Source: Guillardia theta CCMP2712
Lineage: Eukaryota; Protista; Cryptophyta
Assembly (NCBI RefSeq): GCF_000315625.1
Contig: NW_005434652.1
Span: 152,348 to 216,347, forward strand
Direction: 5' to 3'
DNA: 64,000 bases
How positions within the stretch are numbered: the first letter of the stretch is position 1; each line of letters begins with the position of its first letter. The position numbers and the translations under genes were made by a program. The notes below the pieces were generated by a model. It saw only the letters and a list, made by a program, of their open reading frames with translations. It made no database searches and was not told where the DNA came from. Shown one piece after another: positions 61,288 to 64,000 of the stretch.

Positions 61288-64000
61288 ATGGCGGCGCTTC
61301 CGGACACCATGAAGGACGACGACGACAAGATGCAGGTGAGGAGGAGGAGGAGGAGGAGGAGGAGACGAGCAGAAAAGGTCAACCGGGCAAGGATAGGGAG
61401 GAAGGAGAAGGGAGGAGCGAAGCAGAGCAGAAGCATAGTAGGATAAGTAGAGCAAAGGGATGGTAAATGGAAAGAGGACAGATGTAGAAAGACCAATGGT
61501 GATGTGGTGTAATGTAATGTGATCTGATGTGAGGAGAGGAGAGATAATCTCAGAATGAAAGAGGGCTGCGAATGAAGAGTTTTATGGATGATGAAAAGCT
61601 ACTGTACAACGAATGTGACATCATCTTTCAGCTTGATAGGACGGACATTGATTGCGACTTTTCCACCAAGTTCGTTACCCAGCAAAAATCTCTTGCAGCA
61701 CAATACGCAGACGTCTACTACCTCCGTCTAATGACCTTGAAGCATGGTTTACTGGACGAGGCACGATCAAAGTGCAAGGTGTACAAACCCGCAAACAGGA
61801 TCCTCGACTTGGAAGTTGGGCAGAAGAGTATGATCGTGGGAACATTGTTGAAAGTGATGAAGTTCAGACCAAACATTCTTGACGAGTTCAACAAGGACGT
61901 TGAGAATATCTCGAACGAGTCCTTCAAGAGGAACCACTACTCCAGCGACGATGACTATGTGATCATGGAGGACGAAAGCGGTCGAGTCAACCTGAGGTTT
62001 CCCGAAGACAACAATATGGTGACGAGGAGGTGTGGTGGTGGACACAGAAGTTCTGAAGACATACCAGGCGAGGATGCTAGTCACGGGAGTGATTCTTGCT
62101 GCGTACGGTCAGTTGGGCGAGGATGGAACCTTTCAGGTGGACGAGCTCCAGAATCCTGGCCTTCCTCCTCAGATTCCGACAGGTGAAGAGGCATTTTGTT
62201 GATTGTGCAAAGAGAAGAAGGAGGAGAAGGTCGTGAATGTGGAGGAAGAGAAGGGGTACGAATGAACTTGATGGAGGGCAGATAGTAAGAAGGGCAGCAG
62301 AGCGATTTGAGTTCCAATGGTGATGACGTCAAGCAGGAAAGATGGAGGGAGAGCCAAAAATCATACTAGTGTCTGGGTTAGAGCTCGGGAATCCTGATTC
62401 AGATCCGCTGGCAGTAGACATGCTGGTCGATTATGTAAGTGTTGGAAGATTTTGACATGCTGGTGTTGACCAGCTGGGCAGATTACTGGCAACCTTGGAG
62501 GGGTGGAGACATTTGTGATATATTCTTTGTGTTCTTGTTCCACTTGTTGACATGCTGCAAACAGCAAGAAAGTGCGAAAGTTGCAAAAGTCATCATCGCA
62601 GGGTCTTCTTGCTTCTTTTCCAGCGAAAACCGTTCCAGCGCCCTATACCGCAAGGCTGATCCGAGTCAGACCAGAGCAAATCAGAAAGAAACAGCCAACC
62701 CTGTATTCTCATCTCTCCTGTTCTGTTCTCTATTCCTCCTCACTTGCAATTCCTTTTTTCCCTTCCCTATTCTCCTTCCCCCACTCTAAGTATACTTTTT
62801 GTCTCTGTCTCTGTCTCTGTCTCTGTCTCTGTCTCTGTCTCCTCTCCCTGTTCTATCCTCCTTCTCTCGTTGTCATCATCCTTTCCTAATGGTGTCTACA
62901 TCAGGTCAGAGAGCTTGACCTTCTCTTAACGAGGTTGAGCTCCTCCGTCGCTGTGGACATTCTGCCAGGAGCAGGCGACCCATCCAACGTCTTCATGCCT
63001 CAGCAGGTGCTACTGTTTCTCCTTCTACACCTCTCGTTCTTGTACTTTTCCTTCTCCTCGTGTACCATGTTGCCCTTCTACCTCTCTCCTCTTGCCCATC
63101 CTCTCTCTTCCCTTTCCATCTACATACTCCTTCCTATCTTCTCCCCGTTTCCTGCTTCTCGGATCCTCCTGCTCCCTTACGTTGCTGCTCAGCCTTTTCA
63201 CAATTGTCTTCTACCAAGTGCCAATACATACTCCTCCTTCCGACCGACAACGAATCCGTGCGTCTCTTATCACCTCCTCCTCTACGTCTGAAATCACCCT
63301 GGCAGGTATGAGAGCAGAATCTTCGAAGACCCGGAGGCGAAGGAGGAAGGAGTGATCATCATCGGAACCTCAGGGCAGAATGTCGAGGACATTCAAAGAT
63401 GTAGCGAAGTCGAAGATCCGCTCGATGTTATGCAGAATCTGCTGCAGGTGAGTAACAATTGTAGAGGAAAACGTGCATATGTTGGTCAATGTGTTGATAT
63501 CTCACATACGCATACTTGTCATTGCCAATTTTCTTTCTTCCTTGAACTTCTTTTCTTCTCTTGTGTCCACCATGTATTGGTGTTGTGTTGATGTGTTTCT
63601 TTATCTTTGTATGCTTCACACTGGGGTTGTCACCCTCAATTTACGGCTGACTTGTCAATCTCGCAGTGGAGGCATCTTGCTCCAACTGCCCCCGACACCC
63701 TGCCTTGCTTTCCGGTGAAGGACGAGGTTCGACTGAAACTGTTTGAGTCTCCACCTTCCCCACCCCGCCCCCTCCCCCTCGCTGTCTTTTTCTTTTCTCC
63801 TCCCTCCCTCCTTCGCTTCCTTCTCGCTCCTCCCTCAATGCGTTTTTCCTTCCCCCCTCCCCTCCGCATCCCTTCTTTCTTTTCGTAGAATCCTTTTCCT
63901 CCTTCCTCCATCCATCTGTTTGTCTCTCTTCGACTTGTGCAAGGCTGATGATTCATTCAGGACCCCTTCATCCTCCCCCACTGCCCTCACATTTTCTTCG
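61288..64000 (+). CDS. POLD2: DNA polymerase delta small subunit (p50), multi-exon, truncated by the window end
   Basis: QYADVYYLRL; IVGTL; MEDESGRV; LVTGV; LVSGL; VIIAG; VDILPGAGDPSN..PQQP.H; TNP; GTSGQNV; WRHLAPTAPDTL..FP; DPFIL..CPHIFF. Confidence 0.93.

Overview
Gene-dense eukaryotic nuclear DNA with many short, microsatellite-rich spliceosomal introns and bipartite plastid-type presequences. This is most consistent with a cryptophyte alga (Guillardia/Hanusia-like); the organism call is an inference. Recognisable genes: a ~4,100-aa single-pass surface protein (EGF/TNFR-like, IPT-like, REJ, GPS-like and GCC2/GCC3 modules, with a 1-nt frameshift near its 5' end), TTC12, a bestrophin-like channel fused to PDZ, a GT-A glycosyltransferase, MsrA with a tripartite (lumenal) presequence, a STAR/KH RNA-binding protein, FHA, WW and cNMP-IQ-EF-hand proteins, a signal-peptide-bearing EHD ATPase lacking a visible EH domain, and POLD2 (truncated by the window end, with an E2F site). 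The most unusual region is 37.8-46.3 kb. A cassette of two convergent, paralogous small ORFs is tandemly duplicated. The second copy is interrupted by an apparently intact CRE-clade RT-RLE retrotransposon (YADN motif, no poly(A), no clear TSD), so empty and filled target sites are both visible. Sequence next to the element is progressively altered by CCGG/TGAC micro-insertions. Intergenic regions show a recurrent promoter-like grammar. Exon boundaries were read by eye and are approximate.
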